Shown: positions 10,105 through 19,486, counted from the first letter of the stretch. The stretch: 64,000 bases of DNA from Candidatus Dormiibacterota bacterium (GCA_027306595.1 DAHUZI010000111.1:89783-153782), one strand, 5' to 3'. Numbers and translations: made by a program. Notes: generated from the sequence alone by a model not told the origin.

Positions 10105-11274
10105 TCAGGCCGAACGGCCCGCAGCCCACCTTCCGCCCACGCGAGGCAGCCGGCCGCCGGCGCGAATCAGGACCAGGGTGACCGTGGCCGCCGCAGCTAG
10201 GGCGATGTACGCCCATCCGTCCCCCATCGCCGCCGCCAGCCATCCGGCCCCGGCGGACCCGAGGGTCCAGCCGACCCCCCAGGCGAAGTTCCAGAGGCCG
10301 AGCCCGAGCCACACTGCCCGGGGCGTCCCGCCGGCGGCCGCCGACACCATGGACATCGCGGGCACCCAGAAGGCGCTATACGCGGTGCCAGCCAGGACCA
10401 CCAGCGCCGCCAGCAGGAGCCCACCCGGCGAGGCGGCGAGGAGGAGGGAGACCGCCACCGCCGCGACCAGGCCGACCTCAACCAGCCGCCGGTGTCCCCG
10501 CCGGTCCGTCCAGCGGCCCGCCATCGGATTGACCCAGGTCCGAAGTGCGGCCGCCACGAAGAAGACGACGGCGATCGTCCCCGCCGCCATCCCAGCCCGC
10601 GCCAGGCCCAGGGGCGCCAGAACCGCCAGCCCAGCGGTGAGGACGCCCCCGAGCGCGCCGAGCCAGAGCCCGGCTCCTGAGCGCCACCCCACCATCTCGT
10701 AGAGGTGACGCCCGAGGGGCCGGCGGGTCTCGTGGACCGGCGCCGGCGTCAGCCAGGTCCAGCCGGCGAGGCCAGCGGTGACCACGGCGATGCCCGTGAA
10801 GACCGGCGCCAGTCCCGCCGCGGCCGCCACCCCCCCCAGCAGGGGACCGAGCAGGGAGCCGGCGCCAGAGGCGGCGGCGGCGGTCCCGATCGCGCGGCCC
10901 CGACGTGCGGACGGCGTCGCCGTGACCAGCCAGGCCACCGCGCCCGTCCAGGCCAGCCCGTCGCCCACCCCCTGCCCCAGCCTGGCCAGGTCCATCTCGA
11001 CCGCGCTGCCCGCGAAGCCGAACGCGAGGGTGCAGACCGCCATCAGGGCCAGCCCCCCTACGACCCCGGCCCGCAGGCTCCCGCGAGCGGCCACCGGGAG
11101 CGCGAGCACGGTTCCGGCCATGCTCCCCACCGCGTACGCGGCGGTGAGGACCCCGGCCGCTCCCTTGCTGAGGTGCAGGACGTGCACCAGATGCGGAAGG
11201 AGCGGCGCTAGGGCGGCGAAGAAGACCGTGTCCGTGAACGCGACGCACACCACGAGCCAGGTGAGCTTGCGCAC
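10105..11274 (-). CDS. MFS transporter (12-TM type)
   Basis: ORF 10105..11274, GTG start (MRKLTWLVVCVAFTDTVFFAALAPLLP). Continuous hydrophobic helices throughout. Confidence 0.85.
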   Translation of the reverse strand: MRKLTWLVVCVAFTDTVFFAALAPLLPHLVHVLHLSKGAAGVLTAAYAVGSMAGTVLALPVAARGSLRAGVVGGLALMAVCTLAFGFAGSAVEMDLARLGQGVGDGLAWTGAVAWLVTATPSARRGRAIGTAAAASGAGSLLGPLLGGVAAAAGLAPVFTGIAVVTAGLAGWTWLTPAPVHETRRPLGRHLYEMVGWRSGAGLWLGALGGVLTAGLAVLAPLGLARAGMAAGTIAVVFFVAAALRTWVNPMAGRWTDRRGHRRLVEVGLVAAVAVSLLLAASPGGLLLAALVVLAGTAYSAFWVPAMSMVSAAAGGTPRAVWLGLGLWNFAWGVGWTLGSAGAGWLAAAMGDGWAYIALAAAATVTLVLIRAGGRLPRVGGRWAAGRSA

Positions 11275-11320
11275 GCGTCCGATGGTACCGACCGCCGGCA
11301 GACCCCCAGGGCCTGGGCAC

Positions 11321-12256
11321 TCAGTCGATGGCGCTCACCACCGTCTCGGGGAACCGGAGCTCCGGCTCCTCGGCGACGACCGGGTTCTCGAGCACCCCCA
11401 CCCCCTCGACCTCGACGCGAACCCGGTCGCCGGGGCGCAGAAAGAGGGGCGGCGTTCGCACGTAGCCGACGCCGGCGGGGGTGCCGGTCAGAATGATGTC
11501 GCCGGGTTCGAGGTCGATGACCGTGGAGATGAAGGCGACGAGGTAGGGGATGTCGAACACGAGGTCGCGGGTGGTGCCGTCCTGCACCAGCATGCCGTTG
11601 ACCCAGCAGCGCACCGCCAGCCCCCCGGGATCGGGCACGGCATCGGCGGTCTCCACCCAGGGCCCGATGGGGGCGAAGGTGCGGAAGTTCTTGGCCAGGG
11701 TCAGCTGCTCGTCGTGCATCTGGAAGTTGCGCGCGGTGACGTCGTTGGCGACGGTGTAGCCGGCGATGTGGCGAGCGGCGTCGGCCTGCGCGATCCCGCG
11801 GCCGGGTCTGCCGATGACGACGCCCAGCTCCGCCTCGTAGTCGAGCGCCTCGGTCACGGTGGGCTTGACGATCGGGGCCCCCGGGCCGATGAGCGCGCCT
11901 GCGTACTTGGCGAAGAGCTTGGGCAGGTCGGGCTGCTTGACCTGTGCCTCGCGAACGTGGTCGCGGTAGTTGCGCCCGATGGCGACGATCTTGGGCGGCC
12001 GAGGGATCGGCGTCAGGAGGCGGACCGCGGACACCGGCCGGACGCCCGGCCCACCGTCACCGGCGCCTTCAGCGGCCGCCCGGGCCCGCTCGATCCCGGG
12101 CGGCCCCGCCGCGAGGAGCTCGGCGACGCTCGCCGGCGCCTGCTCCCAGCCCTCCTCCCACCCCGGCGCCTCGGCGAGGTCGAGCACGTGTGCCCCGAGG
12201 TGGACACCGAACCGGGCGCGCTCCTCGCCCGCGACCGCAAACGAGACCAGTCGCAT
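11321..12256 (-). CDS. Fumarylacetoacetate hydrolase (FAH) family protein
   Basis: ORF 11321..12262. FAH-family blocks KIVAIGRNYRDH, DYEAELGVVIG and GDIILTGTPAGVG. ATG 12256 sits ~6 nt after GGGAGGGAGG and is preferred over GTG 12262. Confidence 0.9.
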   Translation of the reverse strand: MRLVSFAVAGEERARFGVHLGAHVLDLAEAPGWEEGWEQAPASVAELLAAGPPGIERARAAAEGAGDGGPGVRPVSAVRLLTPIPRPPKIVAIGRNYRDHVREAQVKQPDLPKLFAKYAGALIGPGAPIVKPTVTEALDYEAELGVVIGRPGRGIAQADAARHIAGYTVANDVTARNFQMHDEQLTLAKNFRTFAPIGPWVETADAVPDPGGLAVRCWVNGMLVQDGTTRDLVFDIPYLVAFISTVIDLEPGDIILTGTPAGVGYVRTPPLFLRPGDRVRVEVEGVGVLENPVVAEEPELRFPETVVSAID

Positions 12257-12406
12257 CCGCACCTCCCTCCCCTGGGACGGGGCGCGGGCCCTCGTACCCC
12301 GAGCCCGCCCGCTGGCCCATGCTATGGGGGAATCCGCCGCCCCGTCAACGCAGCGCCCGCCGAGGTTGGCGCCGAGAGACGCCGGGAGCTGCGGGCCCCG
12401 CGCCGT

Positions 12407-13822
12407 TCAGGCGCCCAGGCCCGCCACGACCCCGCTGTCCGTGCCCACGAAGACACGGTCCGCCCACAGTGTCGGCGAGACGAAGTGGGGAACAGGCCCG
12501 AGGTCGAGAGTGGCGCGCACCGCGCCGGTGCGCGGCGCCAGCGCGTAGAGGACCCCGCTGGACGTGCCGACGCTCCAGACCGCCCCGCCGCCGACAACCG
12601 GGGAGGCATTGGCGCCGGAGAGCGAGTGCCAGAGGATCCGGAAGCGCCCACTGGAGGCGACGGTGACAGCCCGCAGCCCATCGGAGCACGGCACGTACAC
12701 GGTTGTCCCCACGAACGCGGTCCCACCGAACGAGGCGCAGGCAGTACCCGACGCGACCGGGTGTCCGATGCCGCCCAAGGCCCGCTGGCGGAGGACATAG
12801 CCGACGCCGCTCTTGCCGGCGATGAACACGAATCCGTTCGGAAGCACAGTCGGCGAGACGGATCCGAGGTCGAGGTCATCGGCATTGTCGGACGCCCATG
12901 TCGATGGCGCGAACCGGCTGAGCAGGTGAAGCCGCGGGGACAGCTTGAGCACGGAGTCCGACCCGTCGTAGGGGGGGGCGGTCGCGGCGCCGTTGCCGAC
13001 GGCCACGAACACGTCACCGTTGGGGGCGATCACGGGCCCGGCCGTGGCCCACACCGCCCCCTCCCGCATCGTCGGGACAGCGTAGGTGATGGTGGGGCCC
13101 CGGCCGTCCGCAGGCACCCCGACGACGGCACCGCGATAGCTGCTGCAGTCGCCGGCCAGACCACCGAAGCCGAAGTAGACCATCCCATTAGCCACCGCCA
13201 GGGCCGGCCGCTGCTGGGTCGCGATCGGAGTGGAGAACGGCACGTCCACCCGTCGGGACCAGCGCACGGCGCCGTTGCGCACGTTGAGGGCGAACAGGAT
13301 GTGCCGGGGACCGGTCACCTCCGCCACCGCGTAGACGAGACCGGTGGCCTGGTCGTAGGCGGGGGTTCCGGTGATCCCGAGGGGGTCGATGTCCCCGCAC
13401 GGCAGGGTTCGAAGCGGAACCGGCGTGCCCAGATGGCGGCGCCAGAGCACCCGGCCGGTGGCCGGGCTCAGCGCGTAGACACTGTCGTTCTCGGTGGCGA
13501 CGATGAGGGCGTTGCCGACCGCGAGCGGCTCCGCGTACACGGCCCCGTCGAGCGTGGCCGACCAATCGCGGCGGAGCCGACCGAGGTTGGGTATCCCGGG
13601 CGCGGTCCCGCTGCGGAGCGCGTCTCGGTGGTAGACGGGCCAGTAGGCGGCCGGCGCCGATCCGGACCGCGTCGAGGCCACCGCGCGGGCTCGGGCCGCC
13701 TGGGCGCCGGCGACGCCGGCGAGGACGAGTGCGGCCAGAGCAGCAGTGGCGGCGCGACGACGGGATGCTGGGCGCAGGGGACGACCTCGCGCTGGCGGGT
13801 GGGGAGCGGCCCGATCGTACAC
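12407..13822 (-). CDS. PQQ-like beta-propeller repeat protein, exported
   Basis: ORF 12407..13981. Repeated propeller blades (ENDSVYALSPATGRVLWR, LNVRNGAVRWS, GVLYALAPRTGAV). GTG 13822 precedes an SRRRAATAALAALVLAG signal that is possibly Tat-like. Start is uncertain. Confidence 0.75.
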   Translation of the reverse strand: MYDRAAPHPPARGRPLRPASRRRAATAALAALVLAGVAGAQAARARAVASTRSGSAPAAYWPVYHRDALRSGTAPGIPNLGRLRRDWSATLDGAVYAEPLAVGNALIVATENDSVYALSPATGRVLWRRHLGTPVPLRTLPCGDIDPLGITGTPAYDQATGLVYAVAEVTGPRHILFALNVRNGAVRWSRRVDVPFSTPIATQQRPALAVANGMVYFGFGGLAGDCSSYRGAVVGVPADGRGPTITYAVPTMREGAVWATAGPVIAPNGDVFVAVGNGAATAPPYDGSDSVLKLSPRLHLLSRFAPSTWASDNADDLDLGSVSPTVLPNGFVFIAGKSGVGYVLRQRALGGIGHPVASGTACASFGGTAFVGTTVYVPCSDGLRAVTVASSGRFRILWHSLSGANASPVVGGGAVWSVGTSSGVLYALAPRTGAVRATLDLGPVPHFVSPTLWADRVFVGTDSGVVAGLGA

Positions 13823-13845
13823 CGCGGCCAGCGGCCCGGCGGGGG

Positions 13846-14727
13846 TCAGGACCGTCCGGCAGGTGGCCGGTGGGCGGCCCGCCGGCGCTCGAACCGGTAC
13901 ACGCCGTCTCGCGAGATCTGGGTCGCCACCAGACCGGCGTCGAAGCAGCGGCCGAAGGCGCGCGCGGTGGCATCCCGCCAACGCGCGGCGAGCTCAGGGG
14001 CGCGCCGCCGCAGCTCGGGGTAGTCGCGGGGGATCACGATCTCGGCGCAGGGGCCCGGCTCGGCGCCGCTCGGGCGTGGCTCGGGCCGGTCGACCGGCCC
14101 CTTTGCGTCGAGCAGGCGCGCCACCGCGCTCCCGGTCGGCGCCGTGGGTTCGGCTACCGCGGAGGAATCGTCGGCGAGCCACCACCGCACCTCAAAGCGA
14201 TCCCCGCGGTCCCCCTCGTTCTGCAGGTCGTCCATGACGCCGTAGAAGCTGGGCAGGAAGGCGGTGGCGTCGGCTCCGAGGCGCGTGAGGTTGAACCAAG
14301 CGTTGCGCAGGAGAAGCGGATCGTAGGTCCATCGCATCTCATCGAGACCGAGATCAAGACACCGGGCGCGCTGCCCGAGCTTGAGGGCGCGGCCGATGCC
14401 GCGACCGGCGAAGGCGGGGACGACGCCGGCCAGGTGCGAATGACAATGGAGCCCATCGGCGTGGCCCAGGAAGCCGATCGCGCATCCGACCAGGATGCCG
14501 CCGGGGTCGTCCGCCCCGATGCACACGGCCCCGGCGTGCTGGAGCGCGCGGAAGAAGGGCGGGGGGACCTCCGTGGTCCCCCAGATCGCCCGGGTGAGCT
14601 CCTCCACCCGGTGCCCGTCGTCGGCTCGGTCGAGTTCGCGCAGGGCGACGCCGCTCGCCCGGGCGGCGTCGTGGGCGGCCCCCCACGCCCGGAGTTCAGC
14701 CACCGATCGGGGGACCGGCAGCCACAC
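13846..14727 (-). CDS. GNAT-superfamily acyltransferase
   Basis: ORF 13846..14727. Acyl-CoA binding motif FAGRGIGRALK. Overlaps the stop of the upstream enolase-superfamily gene. An alternative GTG at 14703 gives an 8-nt overlap. Confidence 0.7.
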   Translation of the reverse strand: MWLPVPRSVAELRAWGAAHDAARASGVALRELDRADDGHRVEELTRAIWGTTEVPPPFFRALQHAGAVCIGADDPGGILVGCAIGFLGHADGLHCHSHLAGVVPAFAGRGIGRALKLGQRARCLDLGLDEMRWTYDPLLLRNAWFNLTRLGADATAFLPSFYGVMDDLQNEGDRGDRFEVRWWLADDSSAVAEPTAPTGSAVARLLDAKGPVDRPEPRPSGAEPGPCAEIVIPRDYPELRRRAPELAARWRDATARAFGRCFDAGLVATQISRDGVYRFERRRAAHRPPAGRS

Positions 14728-15874
14728 GCTCCGCCCACACCGTGGCTCGGTCCAGCCTCGTGGCTTCGGGGCGGACCCCCAGCCCGGGAGCCGTGGGCAC
14801 CTGCAGGGTCCCGTCAGGTTGGAGCCGGAACGGCTCCTCGACGATGTCGTCGAGGAAGTAGCGGTCGCTGGCGGAGGTGTCGCCGGGGAGGGTGTTGTTC
14901 GGTAGCGCGGCCAGAGCGAGGTTGGCGGCCCGGCCGATCCCGGTCTCGAGCATGCCGCCGACCCAGGTCGGCCAGCTGGCCTGCTGGCAGTGATCGTGGG
15001 CAGCCGCGGCGGGGAGCAGGCCGCCCATCCGGCCCGGCTTGAGATTGATGATCCGTCCCGAGCGCAGCGCGATCGCCGCCCGAGCGGCTGCGATCGACGG
15101 GATGCTCTCGTCCAGGCAGATCGCGGTCGTCAGGCGGGTCTGAAGCTCGGCGTGGTCGACGAGATCGTCGTGCGCCAGCGGCTGCTCGATCATGTCGAGG
15201 CGGTAGCGGTCGAGACGGCGCAGAGTCTCGGCGTCGGCCAGGGTGTAGGCGGTGTTGCCATCGACCGTGAGCGGGGTGTCCGGGAACGCCTGCCGTACGG
15301 CGGCCACCACGTCCAGGTCATGGCCCGGACGGCACTTCAGCTTGATCCGGCGGTAGCCCTGGGACAGATAGCCCTCCACAACCCGGACGGTGTCTGCCGC
15401 GCTGGACTGGATTCCGACGCTGACCCCGCACGCGATCTGGTCGCGGACACCCCCGAGCACGTCGGCCAGACTCCGGCTGCCCACCTGCCCGGCGAGGTCG
15501 AGGAGGGCCATCTCCAGTGCCGCCTGGGCCATCGGGTGACCGCGGACCCACCGGACCGCGTCCAGGTGGGCAGCGAGTGTGCGGCGGGCGGTGCCGGTCA
15601 CCGCGGGGATGAGGTACGCGGTCAGGACGTGGCGGGCCGTCACCAGCGTCTCGCCGAAGTAGCTGGGATCGGGATCGGCGACGCACTCTCCCCATCCGAC
15701 CAGCCCGTCCCCGGCCAGCTCGACCAGGAGCGCCTGCTTCACCGTCTGGGTCTCGACGCTGGTGGTGAAGGGACTGACGAGGGGAAGCTCGACCAGCCGA
15801 AGCCGAGCGGCCTCGACCCGGAAGTCGGGCAGCGCCTGTCCCCGTACCCCGATCGCCTCCCCCACCCCACCCAT
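14696..15874 (-). CDS. Enolase-superfamily o-succinylbenzoate synthase / N-acylamino-acid racemase family enzyme
   Basis: ORF 14696..15874, ATG start. Shows LVELPLVSPFTTS, KLKCRPGHDLD, LTVDGNTAY, MIEQPL, ICLDES, INLKPGRMGG (catalytic Lys and metal ligands in the typical OSBS/NAAAR arrangement). Confidence 0.85.
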   Translation of the reverse strand: MGGVGEAIGVRGQALPDFRVEAARLRLVELPLVSPFTTSVETQTVKQALLVELAGDGLVGWGECVADPDPSYFGETLVTARHVLTAYLIPAVTGTARRTLAAHLDAVRWVRGHPMAQAALEMALLDLAGQVGSRSLADVLGGVRDQIACGVSVGIQSSAADTVRVVEGYLSQGYRRIKLKCRPGHDLDVVAAVRQAFPDTPLTVDGNTAYTLADAETLRRLDRYRLDMIEQPLAHDDLVDHAELQTRLTTAICLDESIPSIAAARAAIALRSGRIINLKPGRMGGLLPAAAAHDHCQQASWPTWVGGMLETGIGRAANLALAALPNNTLPGDTSASDRYFLDDIVEEPFRLQPDGTLQVPTAPGLGVRPEATRLDRATVWAERVAAGPPIGG

Positions 15875-15903
15875 TCTGCCGGTCCGCCGGCCCCTTGCGC
15901 CGG

Positions 15904-16401
15904 TCAGCTCGATCCGAGACGGCGGGCGAGCAGCCCCACGGCGTCGGCCGCCTGCTGGGCCTCCAAGGGGGTCCAGTCGCGGAGGAGTTCGAGCAGGAGC
16001 CGCTGGCGAGCCCGGTGGAGACGGTCGAGGAGGCGTACGCCGTGGGGGGTCACCTGGACCAGCGCGGCCCGCCGGTCGGAGGGATCGGGCGCGCGATGGA
16101 CCAGACGCTCACGCTCGAGACGCTGGAGCTTGGGGGTGACGGTCGAGGGGTCCACCGCAAGGAAGGTGGCCAGGGCGCAGGGACGCACCGGTCCGGCCTC
16201 AGCGATCCGCGCCAGCAGCCAGGCCGACGAGGCGGGCAGATCGCAGCGCGCCCGCCGCATCACGTCGGCACGGACGTCGTGGCGCGTCGCCCATCGTGCG
16301 ATCGTCGAGATCGCGCCGTCGAGGCGCTGGGCCACGTCGCCACCGGTGGTCGGCTGGGCCGCCGCCGGTGGCGGCGGGACCGCGACCGAGGGAATCCGCA
16401 C
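15904..16401 (-). CDS. MarR-family transcriptional regulator
   Basis: ORF 15904..16536. Winged-helix block FLAVDPSTVTPKLQRLERERLVHRAPDPSDRRAALVQVTPHG. GTG 16401 lies 5 nt after the upstream MFS stop. Confidence 0.8.
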   Translation of the reverse strand: MRIPSVAVPPPPAAAQPTTGGDVAQRLDGAISTIARWATRHDVRADVMRRARCDLPASSAWLLARIAEAGPVRPCALATFLAVDPSTVTPKLQRLERERLVHRAPDPSDRRAALVQVTPHGVRLLDRLHRARQRLLLELLRDWTPLEAQQAADAVGLLARRLGSS

Positions 16402-16405
16402 CGTG

Positions 16406-18190
16406 TCAGGCCCCGTGCTCGATCCGCGCGGCCCCCGGGGCGGTCGCCGACCGCGGCGCCGGAGCAGGCGAGCTCTCGGCCGGTGCCGATGTGAGGCGCA
16501 CCTCCTGGTGGATGTAGCGGCCGCCGCGCAGCGCACTCGCGAAGGCGGCGAGCAGGCAGGCGCCTATGGCGAAGTCGAAGGCCTCGCGGAGCCCCTGCAT
16601 GAACGGAGGAGCGATCAGGTGCGGGAAGAAGGCACGCCCGGTGAGGATCGAGACCTGCGCCGACGAGAGATGGTGCAGGACCGGTCCGAGCAGGGTTCCC
16701 ATCGGGTTGTAGCCCATGAACGCGGCGAACAGGCTACCCACCGGGGGGAGGTGGGCGAGTCGCGCAGCGGTCGCGGCGGGGACGCCCTGGGCGATCAGGC
16801 CCCGGTCGAGGGCGTGGGGCAGGCTGCCGGCCAGGCCCACAATGATGAGGGAAAAGAAGATTCCGATCGACAGGACCATGGCGGCATTCTGGAACGTGGC
16901 CGCCATGCCGGCCCCGGAGCCGCGCTGATCCGCCGGCAGGCTGTTCATGATCCCGGTCTGGTTGGGGGAGGCAAAGAGCCCGCTGGAGAGTCCGTAGGCG
17001 AGCAATAGCACAGCGAAAACGGGGTAGTTGAAATCGGGAGGCAGGAACTGGAAGAGGAAGAAGACCAGCGCGGACCCTGCCACCCCTCCTGTCGCCAGCG
17101 CCCGCGAGCCATAGTGATCGGCCAGGACGCCCGCGGCGGGACCGGCGAGGAGGAATCCCGCGGTCAGCGGCAGCATGTAGATGCCAGCCCACAGTGGCGT
17201 CTGGGCGAAGCTGACCCCGTGCTGCGGGAGCCAGATGCCCTGGAGCCAGATGATCATGATGAACATGAGGCCGCCGCGGGCAAGGCTCGCGAGGAGAGCC
17301 GCGGCGTTGCCGGCCGCAAAGGCGCGGATGCGGAACAGCCCGATGCGCAGCATCGGCGAGGCGACTCGGGTCTCGATCCAGACGAACGCGGCCAGCACAG
17401 CGATACCGCCGCCCATGAGCCCGAGCACCATGGGGTTCGTCCATCCCATGGTCTCGCCACCATAGGGCAGGATGCCGTACGTGATGCCGACTAGGAGCGC
17501 GATCAGCCCGGTGGCGAAGGTGAGGTTGCCCCACCAGTCGAGGCGCGCCGGTAGCCGCAGGCCGGAGTCGCGGAGCATCCGGTAGGCCCAGACCGTTCCG
17601 AACACGCCGACCGGCACCGAGACCAGGAACACCAGGCGCCAGGAGATCGGGCCGAGCACCCCGCCCAGGACGAGCCCGATGAAGGAGCCGGCGATGGCCG
17701 CAACCATGTTGGTGCCCAGCGCCAGCCCGCGCTGGTTCGGGGGAAACGCGTCGGTGAGGATCGCGCTGGAATTCGCCCAGAGCATGGCCCCGCCCACCCC
17801 CTGGAGGACGCGCATGGCGATCAGGTAGAGCGCTGCGCTCGGGCCGCTCATCCAGGTGAGCGAAAGCAGGATCGAGAACACGGTGAAGACGACGAAACCA
17901 AGGTTGTACATCCGCACCCGGCCGTACATGTCTCCCACCCGTCCGAGGCTCACCACCAGGACGGCGGTCACCACCATGTAGCCCATCAGGAGCCAGAGGA
18001 AGTACGGGCTGTTGGCCGGGGCCAGGGGGTCGAGCCGGATCCCCCGGAAGATGTCGGGGAGGGAGATCAGCACGATCGAGGAGTTGATGGTGCTGATCAG
18101 GAGCCCAAGCGTGGTGTTGGAGAGGGCGATCCACTTGTAATGGATCCCCCTTGGTCCCGACGCAGTCGCGGTAGCCGCCGATGCTGGCAC
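16406..18190 (-). CDS. MFS drug:H+ antiporter, DHA2 (14-TM, EmrB/QacA-like) family
   Basis: ORF 16406..18592. Shows YKWIALSNTTLGLLISTINSSIVLISLPDI, GRVGDMYGRVRMY and LQGVGGAMLWANSSAILTDAFPP. GTG 18190 is the only in-frame start just before the first TM. Confidence 0.85.
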   Translation of the reverse strand: MPASAATATASGPRGIHYKWIALSNTTLGLLISTINSSIVLISLPDIFRGIRLDPLAPANSPYFLWLLMGYMVVTAVLVVSLGRVGDMYGRVRMYNLGFVVFTVFSILLSLTWMSGPSAALYLIAMRVLQGVGGAMLWANSSAILTDAFPPNQRGLALGTNMVAAIAGSFIGLVLGGVLGPISWRLVFLVSVPVGVFGTVWAYRMLRDSGLRLPARLDWWGNLTFATGLIALLVGITYGILPYGGETMGWTNPMVLGLMGGGIAVLAAFVWIETRVASPMLRIGLFRIRAFAAGNAAALLASLARGGLMFIMIIWLQGIWLPQHGVSFAQTPLWAGIYMLPLTAGFLLAGPAAGVLADHYGSRALATGGVAGSALVFFLFQFLPPDFNYPVFAVLLLAYGLSSGLFASPNQTGIMNSLPADQRGSGAGMAATFQNAAMVLSIGIFFSLIIVGLAGSLPHALDRGLIAQGVPAATAARLAHLPPVGSLFAAFMGYNPMGTLLGPVLHHLSSAQVSILTGRAFFPHLIAPPFMQGLREAFDFAIGACLLAAFASALRGGRYIHQEVRLTSAPAESSPAPAPRSATAPGAARIEHGA

Positions 18191-18235
18191 TGGACACCTG
18201 GGGAAACTGATTGGTTTTGAGACACTAACATAACG
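18191..18235 (-). promoter_or_regulatory. AT-rich island directly upstream of the DHA2 MFS / MarR operon (promoter/operator candidate)
   Basis: On the minus strand: CCGTTATGTTAGTGTCTCAAAACCAATCAGTTTCCCCAGGTGTCCA followed by GTG. It stands out in otherwise very GC-rich DNA. Contains TATGTT/TAGTGT -10-like hexamers and the imperfect palindrome AAAC-N6-GTTT. Confidence 0.3.
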
Positions 18236-18336
18236 GCGCGCGCCCGGGCCAGACCGCGAGCTGGGCGGCCGGGGGACAAGGCCGCGGCGAGCGCCGCGCC
18301 AGCCCGGGGGCGGGGCGACCGATCCGGGCCCGCGCC

Positions 18337-18348
18337 GGGGGGGGGGGG
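18337..18348. repeat. G12 homopolymer in an intergenic gap
   Basis: Direct read: cgcgcc-gggggggggggg-atcggg. Confidence 0.9.
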
Positions 18349-18673
18349 ATCGGGCGGCGCTGGGCCGCACGTGCCACCTCCGCGCGATCGGGGCCGGATC
18401 GTTGAGTAGGGAGACGCGGCCGGCGGCGCGCCCCTCTGGGCAGTGCTCCGGAGCCGACCGTGGCATCCGATGGACAGGCCAGAGCACGTCCATGACACCT
18501 CGGAGGGCCGTCCCGACGTGGGTCCCCCGGGTCGGAACGGCCGCCTGGGCCGCCACCGCGATCCAGCCCGCACGTCCTGGACTGACGACCACCTCGCCGT
18601 CCCCAACCGGTTCGGTGACGAGGGAGAAACGTCACCCCCAACCGCGGTCTCTGTGCGCCACGGTCGCTGAGGC

Positions 18674-19486
18674 ATGTGGTCGTCCAACCTGCGCTCGCCG
18701 CTCCGGGTCACGCCCCGCCGCCACCGAGCGCGCCTGGGCCGGGGCACTGCGGCTGCGGCCCTGACCGCGGCCCTCGTCCTCGCCGCGCCCGTGGTCGTGG
18801 CGGGGTCCCGACCGCAAGCCCATCAGCGGCGCGGGCTGGTCCCACCCCAACACCCGAACCGAAATATCCCGGCCCGGCCGGCGTTCGTCGCCGTGTGTGG
18901 CGGAGTCCGTTCGGAAGCGGTGTGCATCCAGGCAACCGTCCGAGCGCTGAACCGGGCCCGTCGCTTGGAGGGGCTGGGTCCGCTCGACCTGCCAGCCCGA
19001 TTCGGGGGCCTGACGGCTGCTGAGCAGATGTTCGTGCTGACCGACGAGGAACGGACCAGCCGTGGCCTGCCGCCGTTCATTGGCCTGGTCCCCGCCCTTG
19101 TCGACCGCGCGCAGGGTGCCGCAGTCAAGGGCACCGACCCCGCAATCGTCGGCCCCCGGCTGGGCACGGACCGCGTGCTCGCCTGGGGAGGCAACTCGGC
19201 CTCGGGGCTCGGCCCCCTGGGGGCCATGTACGGGTGGATGTACGACGATGGCTACGGCAGCGGCAACCTCGCCTGCACAGCTCCCACCGCGCCCGGCTGC
19301 TGGGGCCACCGCGACAACATCCTGGTTCGCTGGGCCACCGGTCCGGTGACGTGGCTAGTGATGGGCGCCGCAGTGTCCGAGGGGCCGCCCGGGGGCACGA
19401 GCGACACTGAACTCGTGGCCAGAGTTTCCGGCCCCCAGCCCCCGCTCTCGTACTCGTGGGCTGAGGCGGTCGCGGCGGGATTCTGA
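18674..19486 (+). CDS. Secreted protein of unknown function, weakly CAP/SCP-like
   Basis: ORF 18674..19486. Signal-like GTAAAALTAALVLAAPVVVAG. C-terminal GCWGHRDNIL resembles the CAP-domain GH(R/Y)xNIL block. The functional call is weak. Confidence 0.55.
   Translation: MWSSNLRSPLRVTPRRHRARLGRGTAAAALTAALVLAAPVVVAGSRPQAHQRRGLVPPQHPNRNIPARPAFVAVCGGVRSEAVCIQATVRALNRARRLEGLGPLDLPARFGGLTAAEQMFVLTDEERTSRGLPPFIGLVPALVDRAQGAAVKGTDPAIVGPRLGTDRVLAWGGNSASGLGPLGAMYGWMYDDGYGSGNLACTAPTAPGCWGHRDNILVRWATGPVTWLVMGAAVSEGPPGGTSDTELVARVSGPQPPLSYSWAEAVAAGF

Noticed and set aside
9409-10312. ORFs 9409..10200(+), 9771..10181(+), 9578..10312(-), 9598..10008(-) as genes filling the 0.8-kb gap
   Set aside because: All are Arg/Pro/Gly/Ala/Ser-dominated with no hydrophobic core pattern or motifs, and some overlap the MFS 3' end. 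They are kept only as an open question in the findings.
10778-14023. 1081-aa ORF on the plus strand
   Set aside because: It is a shadow ORF running antisense through three well-supported minus-strand genes (MFS, FAH, PQQ-propeller). Its composition is low-complexity Arg/Pro/Gly/Ala.
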